Shown here piece after piece: positions 1-8,327 of a stretch of DNA of 64,000 nucleotides. Source of the stretch: Dehalococcoidales bacterium (lineage in GTDB: Bacteria; Chloroflexota; Dehalococcoidia; Dehalococcoidales; RBG-16-60-22); NCBI GenBank assembly GCA_041652735.1, contig JBAZGT010000005.1, positions 457 through 64,456 of the forward strand, written 5' to 3'. A program made the position numbers and the translations under genes. The notes under the pieces are model-generated. The model saw only the letters and a program-made list of their open reading frames with translations. It was not told the DNA's origin and did not search any database. How positions within the stretch are numbered: position 1 is the stretch's first letter; each line of letters opens with the position of its first letter.

Positions 1-618
1 CCAGTTGCTCATGCCTAAAGCCTGCCCGGCCAGGACATAGTCGTTCTGTTTGACGCTCAGCGCCTGGCCGCACATCATACGGCACATACCGGCGATGCCG
101 CCGAAGCCGAGCGCAAAGATGACGACCAGTGTGCCGCCGCCTACCAGACCGGCGATAAGCAGCACCAGAATAATACTCGGCAAGGCCATTAACGCGTCCG
201 TTATCCTCATGATAACCGCGAAAACCCAGCCGCCGAAGTAGGCCGCCGTCAGTCCCATCAACATGCCGATGAAGGCTGAGGCAAAGACCGCGGAAAAGCC
301 GATCAGCAGTGATATCCTGGTCCCGTAGATAATGCGGCTGAGGATGTCCCGGCCGTTCTGGTCGGTGCCCAGCAGGTGTGAGGCGGAAGGGCCTTCCAGT
401 TTGTGCGGTAAATCGTTCTTGATAGGGTCGTAAGGGGCCAATAGCGGGGCAAATATGGCGGTGATGATGATGATTACCACGATAATGAACCCTATCAGGT
501 AGAGTTTGCGGCCGAAAAACACCCGGGACATTCTGTGCCACTCGCTGTGGCGAGGGGGCAGCGTATCTCCTCCGCCCGCATCAAGGGCCGGGGAGTTGAC
601 TACTGTTTTATCCGCCAT
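1..618 (-). CDS. ABC transporter permease, DppC/OppC type (first 206 codons; C-terminus runs off the window)
   Basis: Missing from the ORF track because it is open at the window edge. My reverse translation from the ATG at 616-618 gives MADKTVVNSPALDAGGG...LLGTDQNGRDILSRIIYGTRISLLIGF...ITDALMALPSIILVLLI, a typical binding-protein-dependent permease. A GAGGAG RBS lies upstream, and it starts 10 nt after the preceding permease gene. Confidence 0.8.
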   Translation of the reverse strand, partial: MADKTVVNSPALDAGGGDTLPPRHSEWHRMSRVFFGRKLYLIGFIIVVIIIITAIFAPLLAPYDPIKNDLPHKLEGPSASHLLGTDQNGRDILSRIIYGTRISLLIGFSAVFASAFIGMLMGLTAAYFGGWVFAVIMRITDALMALPSIILVLLIAGLVGGGTLVVIFALGFGGIAGMCRMMCGQALSVKQNDYVLAGQALGMSNW

Positions 619-628
619 CTTTATCTCC

Positions 629-1597
629 TCAAGATAATCTTATCCTGGGGTCCAGCCAACCCCAGGCAATATCCACAACCAAATTGGAAAAAATAGTGAT
701 CGCGCCGAAGATAAGTGCCCCTGCCTGGACAATCTGGTAGTCATAGTCGAAAATAGCCGTGGTCATCAGCCGTCCCATGCCGGGAATGCTGAACACCGTC
801 TCGATAAACACGGAGCCGCCCATGATCGCGGCCAGCGTGCCGCCCAGGGCGGTTATCACCGGAATCATGGCGTTCTTGATTTGATGCCTGATTAAAATCA
901 CCCGCTCGCCCAGGCCTTTGGCCCAGGCGGTGCGCACGTAGTCCGTCCTCATGACCTCGAGCATGCAGGAGCGCACCAGACGCGCCATGCCGGCGATGCT
1001 GCCCACCGCCACGGCCGCGATGGGCATTATCAGGTGCCTGGTGCTGTCCCAGAAGTTATCGAGCGGACTGACCCACCCGAAGATAGGCAGCCAGCCCAGC
1101 TTATAGCCAAAAAGCCATATCATGAGGATGCCGAGCCAGAAAGTGGGCACCGTCATCCCTATGTTGGAAATGGTGGTGAGGGTATTATCTATCCACGTAC
1201 CCCTCCTGATGGCGCAATAAATGCCGACAGCTATACCCCCGAAAGTGCCGATAAAAAAGAGAATGATACCTATATACATCGTGCGGGGAAGGGCATCTTT
1301 GATAAGCAGGCCGATATCCTGCTTCACCCCGATGGATTTACCCAGGTCCCCATGGAGAATATCGCCCAGCCAATCAACATATTGAACGTAAATAGGCCGG
1401 TCAAGCCCGTATTCGTGCATCAGCCTGTCATGTTCTTCAGGCCCCATGCGGTTCTGGGAGCCGCCCATGTTGAAATTGCCCATGTAAACCATCAGGGGGT
1501 CGCCGGGGAGCAAACGGACAAGGAGGAAAACCATCATGGTGACGATGAGGAGAATAATGATACCGATGAATATGCGGCGAATAATATAAGTCGTCAT
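629..1597 (-). CDS. ABC transporter permease, DppB/OppB type
   Basis: 322 aa. N-terminus MTTYIIRRIFIGIIILLIVTMMVFLLVRLLPGDP and a YVRTAWAKGL EAA-like loop are typical of peptide/nickel ABC permeases. Confidence 0.85.
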   Translation of the reverse strand: MTTYIIRRIFIGIIILLIVTMMVFLLVRLLPGDPLMVYMGNFNMGGSQNRMGPEEHDRLMHEYGLDRPIYVQYVDWLGDILHGDLGKSIGVKQDIGLLIKDALPRTMYIGIILFFIGTFGGIAVGIYCAIRRGTWIDNTLTTISNIGMTVPTFWLGILMIWLFGYKLGWLPIFGWVSPLDNFWDSTRHLIMPIAAVAVGSIAGMARLVRSCMLEVMRTDYVRTAWAKGLGERVILIRHQIKNAMIPVITALGGTLAAIMGGSVFIETVFSIPGMGRLMTTAIFDYDYQIVQAGALIFGAITIFSNLVVDIAWGWLDPRIRLS

Positions 1598-1844
1598 GCT
1601 TGCTCTCCCTTAGGTATTGTCAATAACGTTTGTACGAATACGATATTCGGATACCAAAACGCCTGGCTGTCAGTTACCACCGCAAGTATTATAAAATCCG
1701 GGTTATGTACACCTGTACCTCAGGATAATTATAATTAAACTGCATGTTCCGGGAGTAACAAGTCGGTGTAAGCACCGCGCCTTTTCAGGTTTAGTTATTG
1801 TTTAAGATGGACCTCCGAGTGAGTCAAGTATGAGTTTTGCGGAG

Positions 1845-1873
1845 AGTTTAGCATGATTTATTGAGGATGTCAA
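1845..1873 (-). promoter_or_regulatory. Candidate sigma70-type promoter for the permease operon (TTGACA-17-TAAACT on the minus strand)
   Basis: The reverse complement reads TTGACA tcctcaataaatcatgc TAAACT. It implies a leader of about 240 nt before the ATG at 1597. Confidence 0.3.
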
Positions 1874-2014
1874 TTTTTTTCTGCTAGTAGTAAATCAGGC
1901 ACGAAATTGACGTTTTTAACAGTGAATAAGGTAAATTATCTCCGGAGTATAATATATTAATTTGGGGAGAATCAGCCGGCGGCGCGGCATATGGGCTTTT
2001 GATATTATTCACGG

Positions 2015-2044
2015 TTGACAATTAGCCGGGTCTGTTCCTAAAAT
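2015..2044 (+). promoter_or_regulatory. Candidate promoter TTGACA-18-TAAAAT
   Basis: Exact -35 hexamer at 2015-2020 and TAAAAT at 2039-2044, about 58 nt upstream of the ATG at 2102. Confidence 0.45.
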
Positions 2045-2101
2045 AGCGCAAAGAACGGACACGGGAGCGTTGTAAGAAAATCATCAGCCGGGAGGATAAA
2101 A

Positions 2102-2446
2102 ATGGCAGCGGCAGCTAATAAAACGGCGGAGCAGGTACTGAAACATCACGAGCAGGCTTTGCTGGCCCGCGACCTCCGCGGGATTGTGGAGGACTATACC
2201 GGTGATTCGGTCTTCCTGACCGCCAACGGCGCGTTCAGGGGAACGGAAAGCATTAAACAAGCCTACCGGGCGGTCCTGGCGACATTAACGCCGGAGGTGC
2301 TGGGCAATATGAAGGTTATCAAGCAGGAGGTCAGCGGCGAATACGTTTTGCTGATATGGTCGGCGCCGCCGCAGGTCAGCTTCGGCACGGACAGCTTTCA
2401 TATCAGGGACGGGAAAATCATGATGCAGTCCGTAGCCACCCGGTAA
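2102..2446 (+). CDS. SnoaL-like / NTF2-fold small protein
   Basis: 114 aa. Length and pattern (HHEQALLARDLRGIVEDYTGDSVFL...FHIRDGKI) fit the SnoaL/NTF2-like fold. GGAGG RBS present. Confidence 0.55.
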   Translation: MAAAANKTAEQVLKHHEQALLARDLRGIVEDYTGDSVFLTANGAFRGTESIKQAYRAVLATLTPEVLGNMKVIKQEVSGEYVLLIWSAPPQVSFGTDSFHIRDGKIMMQSVATR

Positions 2447-2527
2447 AATCCCCGAAGCTAATACTCAAGCGTATGTACGGCGGCTGTACGTGAAGGCACA
2501 GGCGCGCTGTCAATTATGTAAAAAGAA

Positions 2528-2552
2528 AGAGAGGGGATTTCACCCCCTCTCC
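2528..2552. terminator. Hairpin between convergent genes (GAGAGGGG-loop-CCCCCTCTC) followed by a CTTTTCCCC tract
   Basis: Inverted repeat read directly from the sequence; lies between the ends of 2102..2446(+) and 2570..3382(-). Confidence 0.35.
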
Positions 2553-2569
2553 TTTTCCCCAACTAATAA

Positions 2570-3382
2570 CTATTTGCCCTTTATTTCCTCCCGGGGCAGG
2601 GGGGCCGGCGGCAAAAGCGGCAGCCCGCCCGCCACGTAAAGCGCCTGGCCGGTGATATAGGAGGAAAGCTCGGAAGCCAGGAATAAAGCCGCCCCGGCGA
2701 TGTCCTCCGGCGTGCCGATGCGCTGGAGGGGCGTTTTCCTGCCCATCATCGTGTAGACCATTTCCTGCTGTTCTTTGGGCATCGCGCCGATGGTGGAATC
2801 GTAAAAATTGGTCCTGATAGGCCCGGGCAGGATGCAGTTGACGTTAATGTTAAAGGGCGCCAGCGCGTTGGCGAGGTCGGTGGTAAAGCTGATGACCGCC
2901 CCCTTGGCGGTGTTGTAGTTGATTTCATGCGCCGGCGGCTGCACGGCGCCGATGGAAGAAAGCCCGATAATTTTGCCGTACCGGGACTTTTTCATGTAGG
3001 GCACCACGTACTTGCAGAACAGGAAATGGCTTTTCAGGTTGAGCGCCATCACCCGGTCCCACGTTTCCTCTTCCATGTCCTCGATGGGAATGTGCCTGGC
3101 GATGGCCCCGGCGTTATTGATGAGAATATCTATTTTTTTAAATTCCCTGGCGACCTGCGCCACCGTAGCGGCTACCTCTTTGCCGCTGGTGACATCGCAC
3201 TTAATGGCCAGGGCTTTACCGCCCTTCTTTTTATTGATAGCGGCGGCGGCCTCTTCCGCTTCTTTAATGGCGATATCCGCGATGGCGACGGCGCAGCCTT
3301 CCTCCGCGAACTTTTCCGCCATGCCCCGCCCCATCCCTTTAGCGCCCCCGGTAATGATGGCCACCTTATCTTTAAGCAGCAT
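2570..3382 (-). CDS. SDR family oxidoreductase (FabG-like)
   Basis: 270 aa. TGGAKGMG cofactor motif, NNAG, and YNTAK catalytic Tyr-x3-Lys. Confidence 0.85.
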   Translation of the reverse strand: MLLKDKVAIITGGAKGMGRGMAEKFAEEGCAVAIADIAIKEAEEAAAAINKKKGGKALAIKCDVTSGKEVAATVAQVAREFKKIDILINNAGAIARHIPIEDMEEETWDRVMALNLKSHFLFCKYVVPYMKKSRYGKIIGLSSIGAVQPPAHEINYNTAKGAVISFTTDLANALAPFNINVNCILPGPIRTNFYDSTIGAMPKEQQEMVYTMMGRKTPLQRIGTPEDIAGAALFLASELSSYITGQALYVAGGLPLLPPAPLPREEIKGK

Positions 3383-3405
3383 GTTAAGCCTCCTTTTTTT
3401 TGATA

Positions 3406-3437
3406 GTAAACAGTTGACAGTTAACAGTTATTAGTTG
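3406..3437. repeat. Word-repeat array (AACAGTT / GACAGTT words) next to a CCCCTTTTCCCCC tract
   Basis: Reads gtaaacagttgacagttaacagttattagttg. A second word block, actacagactgtagactgtgaac, follows at about 3458-3488. Confidence 0.7.
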
Positions 3438-3494
3438 TCTCCACCCCTTTTCCCCCAACTGAAAACTACAGACTGTAGACTGTGAACTTCTTTA

Positions 3495-3932
3495 CTAGTC
3501 CGGCGTATTGCCTACCCGGGAGTATTTGCCCGTTACCGCTATATCTATAAAAAGCACCGGCTTGTTGACCGTTTTGAAAATCAGCGGCCCGTGGTAAAGC
3601 CCGGCGGCCACGTATACGGAGGTCGGCTTATCTATGATATGGACTTCCCCTTTTTCCGCGGTCTCTCCCACCGTCATCTCAATCACCGCATCAAAGTCAC
3701 GCGGGTCCTTGGGGTTGGCGGAGTAAAAGTTGAGGTACTGCGGGAACTCGTGCTTGTGGGGCTGGGAAATCATCTGGTGGGGGGCGTTAACGTAAATACA
3801 GTCGATGGAAAGGTGCCCTCCGCCGAACTTGTCCGCCAGGTGGCGCGTGCTGGTCACGAAAGCCCCGGACTTGCCCTCCACCTCCTTGACTACCTCCGCG
3901 GAAAAGTTTTTATCATACTTGTTTTTAGCCAT
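3495..3932 (-). CDS. Cupin-like protein, single domain (window paralog family)
   Basis: 145 aa. N-terminal MAKNKYDK. Core PHKHEFPQYLNFYSANPKDPRDFDAVIEMTVGE...VYVAAGLYHGP matches the H-x-H...E...H cupin pattern shared with four other ORFs in the window. Confidence 0.6.
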   Translation of the reverse strand: MAKNKYDKNFSAEVVKEVEGKSGAFVTSTRHLADKFGGGHLSIDCIYVNAPHQMISQPHKHEFPQYLNFYSANPKDPRDFDAVIEMTVGETAEKGEVHIIDKPTSVYVAAGLYHGPLIFKTVNKPVLFIDIAVTGKYSRVGNTPD

Positions 3933-3944
3933 ATTTCTCCTTTT

Positions 3945-4505
3945 TTACCACTCGCGCTTCATTTTCTTGGCGAGCTTTAATACTCTTTCCGGGCTCTTAT
4001 AATTCTGGTCGATGAAAAGCAGGTTATCGCGCTCTGCATCGGAAACCAGCTCCTGGTAGGACTGTTCCGTGTGGGCGGGGCACTGCTCGACGGTGACCAT
4101 GAGGAAAGGCCGGGTAACGCTGCGGATTATCCACGGCCCGTGAATAAAGTCCGCGGGGAGATAGACCGCGTCGGACGTGGTGATAATGTGCTTTTCCATC
4201 TCCGGCCCCAGGCAGAACTCCACCTCGCCGCCCAGGTCCAGCGGGTTATCCGGGTCGGTTCCCAGGTGCATCACCACTTCCGGGTACTTGTGCTTGTGGG
4301 GGCCGTGCCCCATTTGCTCCCAGGAGCTGACGCCGGGGAGTCCCTCGGGCACTTTGGGCACCCAGTGGACGTAATACTGGTGGCTCTGGAAATAGGCGTT
4401 GTCATTGACGGTATCATCGAAGTAGGCGACCACGGCGCCGGTGCCGGGCGGGTTCCAGGGGCGGGGGCCGGAGAGGATGTACTTATCATATTTGTTTCCT
4501 GACAT
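3945..4505 (-). CDS. Cupin-like protein, single domain (window paralog family)
   Basis: The track ORF 3945..4865 is trimmed to the internal ATG at 4503-4505, which is preceded by a GGAAGGAG RBS. Product starts MSGNKYDKYILSG; core PHKHKYPEVVMHLGTDPDNPLDLGGEVEFCLG...VYLPADFIHGP. Confidence 0.6.
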   Translation of the reverse strand: MSGNKYDKYILSGPRPWNPPGTGAVVAYFDDTVNDNAYFQSHQYYVHWVPKVPEGLPGVSSWEQMGHGPHKHKYPEVVMHLGTDPDNPLDLGGEVEFCLGPEMEKHIITTSDAVYLPADFIHGPWIIRSVTRPFLMVTVEQCPAHTEQSYQELVSDAERDNLLFIDQNYKSPERVLKLAKKMKREW

Positions 4506-4680
4506 TTTACGGCTCCTTCCAGTTATTGGTATGATTTTACTCTTATTACGACTATTCCCGCAAAGATTTTCCGGGGAGGGGTGGCTTTGCCTGTATTGCC
4601 GCTTTTGACGCGGCGGGGCCGGATTGCAAAAAAGGGCATCCATTGGTAAACTTAAGCAAACGCATTCTGGAGGGCTTATC

Positions 4681-5532
4681 ATGGAAATCAGAGTCAATAA
4701 ATACGGACCGGACCAGCTCAGCACCAAAGTCTTTTTCAGCGACGAGAGCGGTTTCGCCGTAGCTTCGGTAATAGTCATGGGCAAGAAGGACGCCGCCCTG
4801 ATAGATACGCAGTGGAGCCTTTCCAACGGCCACCGCGTGGCGGCGGAGATACTGGAAACCGGCAAGAACCTGAAAACGATTTATATCACCCACGCCCACC
4901 CGGACCACTACTTCGGGTTGGGGCCAATCGCGGAGGCGTTCCCTCAAGCTAAAGTGGTGGCCCTGCCGGCGGTGGCCAATACCATCAACAAGCAGATGTT
5001 CGGCAAAATAGACCACTGGCGCAACATCATCGGGCCGACCAACGTCCCCACCAAGGCGGTCAATATCGAGCCGCTGGCCCATAACTACTTCGAGCTGGAG
5101 GGGCAGCGTATCGAGATACTGCCGGAAATCATGGGCGACCTGCGGTACAACACGGTGGTCTGGATTCCCTCCATCAAGACCCTCTACGGCAGCGACGTGC
5201 TTTTCAACCAGGCGCACCCCTTTACCTGTGAGATTACCGCCGACGAGCGCAAGCAGTGGGTGAGGGACATAGGGCGACTGGAAAAAATGGGGGCGGAAGT
5301 AGTGATTCCCGGCCACCAGAAGCCGGGGATGCCCTTCGATAGCTCGTCGTTCGGCTTTACCAGGGATTACCTCATCGCCACCGAAGAAGAGCTGGCGCAA
5401 ACGAAGACCACCGGCGATTTCTTTTACGCCATGGCCATGCGCTACCCGGACGCCAACCTGCTTTTCCTGAGCAACGAGATGAACTCCGCCGTATTCAAGG
5501 GCAACCGCGACTGGAACTGGCGGGACGAGTAG
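4681..5532 (+). CDS. MBL-fold metallo-hydrolase
   Basis: HAHPDH metal motif. Start moved to the ATG at 4681 (MEIRVNKYGPD), which has a TGGAGGG RBS. Confidence 0.75.
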   Translation: MEIRVNKYGPDQLSTKVFFSDESGFAVASVIVMGKKDAALIDTQWSLSNGHRVAAEILETGKNLKTIYITHAHPDHYFGLGPIAEAFPQAKVVALPAVANTINKQMFGKIDHWRNIIGPTNVPTKAVNIEPLAHNYFELEGQRIEILPEIMGDLRYNTVVWIPSIKTLYGSDVLFNQAHPFTCEITADERKQWVRDIGRLEKMGAEVVIPGHQKPGMPFDSSSFGFTRDYLIATEEELAQTKTTGDFFYAMAMRYPDANLLFLSNEMNSAVFKGNRDWNWRDE

Positions 5533-5544
5533 GGGGTAAGAACG

Positions 5545-5583
5545 AAATCCCTCACTAACTCTCCCTTTACGAAAGGGAGAGGA
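5545..5583. repeat. Family-B hairpin element (CTCTCCCTTT-loop-AAAGGGAGAG plus GTTAGWGAGGGATT), inverted orientation
   Basis: Its reverse complement nearly matches the copy at 10828..10864. Confidence 0.7.
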
Positions 5584-5811
5584 TGGTTGTGTATACCTCC
5601 CGAGTCTTTGCTTGAGCCCTATCTTTCCCCCTTTCGTAAAGTCGCAGATTCCGTATGAACGCAGTGAATCGGAAGGGGATTAAGGGGGTTTTCAGGTACG
5701 GATTCTCACGACTGCGTGCCGTAACGCACTTTTTGGCGTGCAGGCATGGTCGCTGCGCTCCCTCATAATGGGCATATATGCCTGCAATGACATCCCCTTT
5801 TCCCAACCCCT

Positions 5812-5842
5812 GGATTCTCCCGATGGAATCGGGAGAATGACA
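5812..5842. repeat. Family-A hairpin element (GGATTCTCCCG-loop-CGGGAGAATGACA)
   Basis: Perfect inverted repeat. Belongs to the GTCATTC...GAATCC family, also seen at 9471, 16133, 40511-40640, 46800 and 47043. Confidence 0.7.
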
Positions 5843-5850
5843 ACGGAACT

Positions 5851-7533
5851 TTACTCATAGTCCGCCATGCGGGCGGGCCAGCCTGCCCCCTGGTCGGCCT
5901 GGAGGGCGAGCTTAGCGTAGATAGTCAGCAGGCCGGTAACATGGGACTGTGACGGCGCTTTCCACTGCGCTTTGCGCTGCTTCAGCTCCGCTTCGGATAC
6001 CTCCAGCTCCAGCTTGCGCGCCGGGATATCCAGGTTGATGCGGTCGCCGTCTTTCACCAGCGCCAGCGGGCCGCCCACCTGCGCTTCCGGGCAGACGTGG
6101 CCGATGGACAAATAGCCCTGGGTAAAGCCGGAAAAACGCCCGTCCGAGATGATGATAACGTCCTGGATATTTTTCGCCTTGAGGCCGGAAAGCGCCCCCA
6201 GGCATTCGGTAAAGGCCGGGCCGCCCCGCGGCCCCTGGTAGCGCACCACTAAAGCGTCGCCGGGGCCTACCTTGCCCGCCTGCGTGCCCGCGGCCGCGTC
6301 TTCAAGGGAGTCGAACACCCTGGCGGTATAGACCCGCTTGAGCAGGTCCTTGTTGGTGACCACGGTGTGGCGGACGACGGCGCCGCGCGGGGCCAGGTTG
6401 CCCTTCAGCACGGCGATAGCGCCCTCCGGCCAGACGGGGTTGTCCAGGGACTTGATTACCTCCGTATCCTCGCAGGTAACGTCCTCCAGGTTTTCCCCCA
6501 CCGTTTTGCCGGTGACGGTCATGCAGGACGTGTCCAGGAATTGCTCGATGCGCTTCATCACCATGGGCGTGCCGCCGATTTTATGATAATCATAGAGCAC
6601 ATAGGGGCCGGAAGGGGCCACATCGCTCAGGGCGGGGACCTTGCGGGAGACCTCATCCCAGTCGTCCAGGGTGAGGGGGATTTGCGCCTCGTGGGCGTAG
6701 GCCTGGATATGCGCCACGGAGTTGGTGCCGCCGCAGGTGGCCATGTCCACGGCGATGGCGTTGCGCAGCGAGCTCTTGGTGATGATATCCCGCGGGCGGA
6801 TGTTGCTCTTGACCAGCTCGACGATTTTTTCGCCGGTCTCCTTGGCCTGCCAGATTTTCTCGGCGGAGACGCCGGGGGAGGTGGCGGTGCCCGGCAGGGC
6901 GATGCCCATCCCCTCGGTCAGGACGGCCATGGTGTTGCCGGTGGTCATCTCGTTGCAGGCGCCGGCGCCGGTGGCGCAGCAGGAGGTAACTTCCTGCATG
7001 ATGGCCTCGATATCGGCGGCGGACTTATCCGCCGCTTTCTTTTGCACGATGGTCTGGCCCCGGACGAAGCCCAGCCGCTTCCCTTCGTAGTCCGACGGCA
7101 TCATCTGCCCCCCGCCGATGAAGATGAAGGGCCGGTTCAGGCGCAGCGCGGCCAGGATAAGGCCGGGGATTATCTTGTCACAGGTGCCGATGCCCACCCA
7201 GCCGTCGCACCAGCTGATATACAGGGAGGACTCGGCGCCGGCCAGCACGGCCTCGCGCTGGGGGAGGTCGTAAAGCATATCGCTTTCCAGCTTGTGAGGG
7301 ACGGAGCAGAGGCCGGGGACATCTATCTCAAAGGGCATGCCGCCGGCCATGCGGATGCCGGCTTTAACCCCGTCCGCCACCGCCCGCAGGTGCACGTGCC
7401 CGGGCGATTGCTCGCTCCAGGAGTTGATCACGGCGATGCGGGGCAGGGTCAGCTCCTTGGCGGTAAAGCCGATGGCTTTGAAGATGGCGTGGTGACCATA
7501 TTTCCTCATGTTGAAACGGGGTGGGGTTGTCAT
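5851..7533 (-). CDS. IlvD/Edd family dehydratase (dihydroxy-acid or sugar-acid dehydratase; substrate uncertain)
   Basis: 560 aa. Has GTCDKIIPG, FIGGGQMMP and a C-terminal GRFSG...GHVCPEA pattern. The usual DGIAMGH stretch of canonical IlvD is replaced (GLCSVPHKLES), so no gene symbol is assigned. Confidence 0.8.
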   Translation of the reverse strand: MTTPPRFNMRKYGHHAIFKAIGFTAKELTLPRIAVINSWSEQSPGHVHLRAVADGVKAGIRMAGGMPFEIDVPGLCSVPHKLESDMLYDLPQREAVLAGAESSLYISWCDGWVGIGTCDKIIPGLILAALRLNRPFIFIGGGQMMPSDYEGKRLGFVRGQTIVQKKAADKSAADIEAIMQEVTSCCATGAGACNEMTTGNTMAVLTEGMGIALPGTATSPGVSAEKIWQAKETGEKIVELVKSNIRPRDIITKSSLRNAIAVDMATCGGTNSVAHIQAYAHEAQIPLTLDDWDEVSRKVPALSDVAPSGPYVLYDYHKIGGTPMVMKRIEQFLDTSCMTVTGKTVGENLEDVTCEDTEVIKSLDNPVWPEGAIAVLKGNLAPRGAVVRHTVVTNKDLLKRVYTARVFDSLEDAAAGTQAGKVGPGDALVVRYQGPRGGPAFTECLGALSGLKAKNIQDVIIISDGRFSGFTQGYLSIGHVCPEAQVGGPLALVKDGDRINLDIPARKLELEVSEAELKQRKAQWKAPSQSHVTGLLTIYAKLALQADQGAGWPARMADYE

Positions 7534-7615
7534 GTTATGCCTCCCTGGACCAGATTTTTATTTTGTAAACCCATTCTAGCAAGTCAGGGGGGCGGGGGCA
7601 AGCAAAAGCCGTATA

Positions 7616-7645
7616 TTGACACTATCCGTCCGGGCGTGCTATCTT
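7616..7645 (+). promoter_or_regulatory. Candidate promoter TTGACA-18-TATCTT
   Basis: Read directly; about 50 nt upstream of the Rrf2 gene, in the region divergent from the dehydratase gene. Confidence 0.35.
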
Positions 7646-7694
7646 TCAAATAGTTGAGTCAAATGGTCGGCAATAGCGCCGGCAGAGGTAAACT

Positions 7695-8123
7695 ATGAAA
7701 CTTTCCACCAGGACGCGCTACGGCACGCGGGCGCTTTTGGAGCTGGCTTTACACCGGGAGGGGGGGCTCGTTTCCCTTAAAGACGTCGCCGGGAAACAGA
7801 ATATCTCGCTGTCCTACCTGGAGCACCTGGTCACGCCGCTGATATCCGGCGGCATCATCCGCAGCGTCAAGGGGCCGAAGGGCGGCATCGCCCTGGTGAA
7901 AAAGCCCGCCGATATAAAGATGATAGACGTGACGCGGCTGCTGGAAGGCTCGCTGGCGCCGGTGGAATGCGTCGACCACCCGGAGGTGTGCGACCGCTCC
8001 GGCAAATGCGTCACCCGCGATGTCTGGAGCGAGGTCAAGACGGCCATGGATAAAGTCCTGGAAAACACCACTCTGGCCGACCTGGCGGCCCGGCAGCAGA
8101 AGAAAGACAAACAGCCGGCTTGA
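7695..8123 (+). CDS. Rrf2 family transcriptional regulator (three-Cys Fe-S type)
   Basis: Starts MKLSTRTRYGTRALLELA with a wHTH. The Cys triad CVDHPEVCDRSGKC resembles IscR/NsrR-type cluster ligands. Confidence 0.85.
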   Translation: MKLSTRTRYGTRALLELALHREGGLVSLKDVAGKQNISLSYLEHLVTPLISGGIIRSVKGPKGGIALVKKPADIKMIDVTRLLEGSLAPVECVDHPEVCDRSGKCVTRDVWSEVKTAMDKVLENTTLADLAARQQKKDKQPA

Positions 8124-8169
8124 AACCGGAAGACGCCATAGGCTAAAATATAAAAAACTGAATATTGCC

Positions 8170-8264
8170 ACTAGGGGAGCTGGAAGGCTGAGAGTTCCCC
8201 CCGATACAATCGGGGGGGGCAGACCCTTTGAACCTGAACTCGGTAATGCGAGCGTAGGGAAGTG
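8170..8264 (+). promoter_or_regulatory. TPP (THI-box) riboswitch aptamer
   Basis: P1 arms CACU...AGUG. Conserved cores CUAGGGGAGC, GCUGAGAG and ACCCUUUGAACCUGAACUCGGUAAUGCGAGCGUAGGGAAG match the THI-box consensus almost base for base. Confidence 0.85.
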
Positions 8265-8271
8265 AACACGA

Positions 8272-8314
8272 GACCGGAAGCAGGCTCCCTTTTAGCTTCC
8301 GGTTTATTATTTTA
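8272..8314 (+). terminator. Riboswitch expression-platform terminator (ACCGGAAGC-loop-GCUUCCGGU plus UUAUUAUUUU)
   Basis: 9-bp stem followed by a U-rich run, immediately before the AAGGAGG RBS of the 8328 gene. Confidence 0.6.
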
Positions 8315-8327
8315 AGGAGGGACCATC

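Noticed and set aside
5567-5806. 79-aa ORF in the ilvD-proximal intergenic region.
   Set aside because: It is composed of family-A/B hairpin repeat sequence, with no RBS. It is a typical spurious repeat-derived ORF.
6367-7653. 428-aa ORF on the plus strand. The same class includes 12013..13254, 22461..24398, 28075..28995, 30884..31837, 31938..33125, 34457..35482, 37388..38308, 39311..39976, 40555..41700, 41794..42825, 42832..43761, 45402..46508, 54704..55738 and 57447..58343.
   Set aside because: All are antisense to genes with clear family motifs. Their products are Gly/Ala/Arg/His/Pro-rich and low in complexity, lack RBS context, and are the usual shadow ORFs of high-GC coding DNA.
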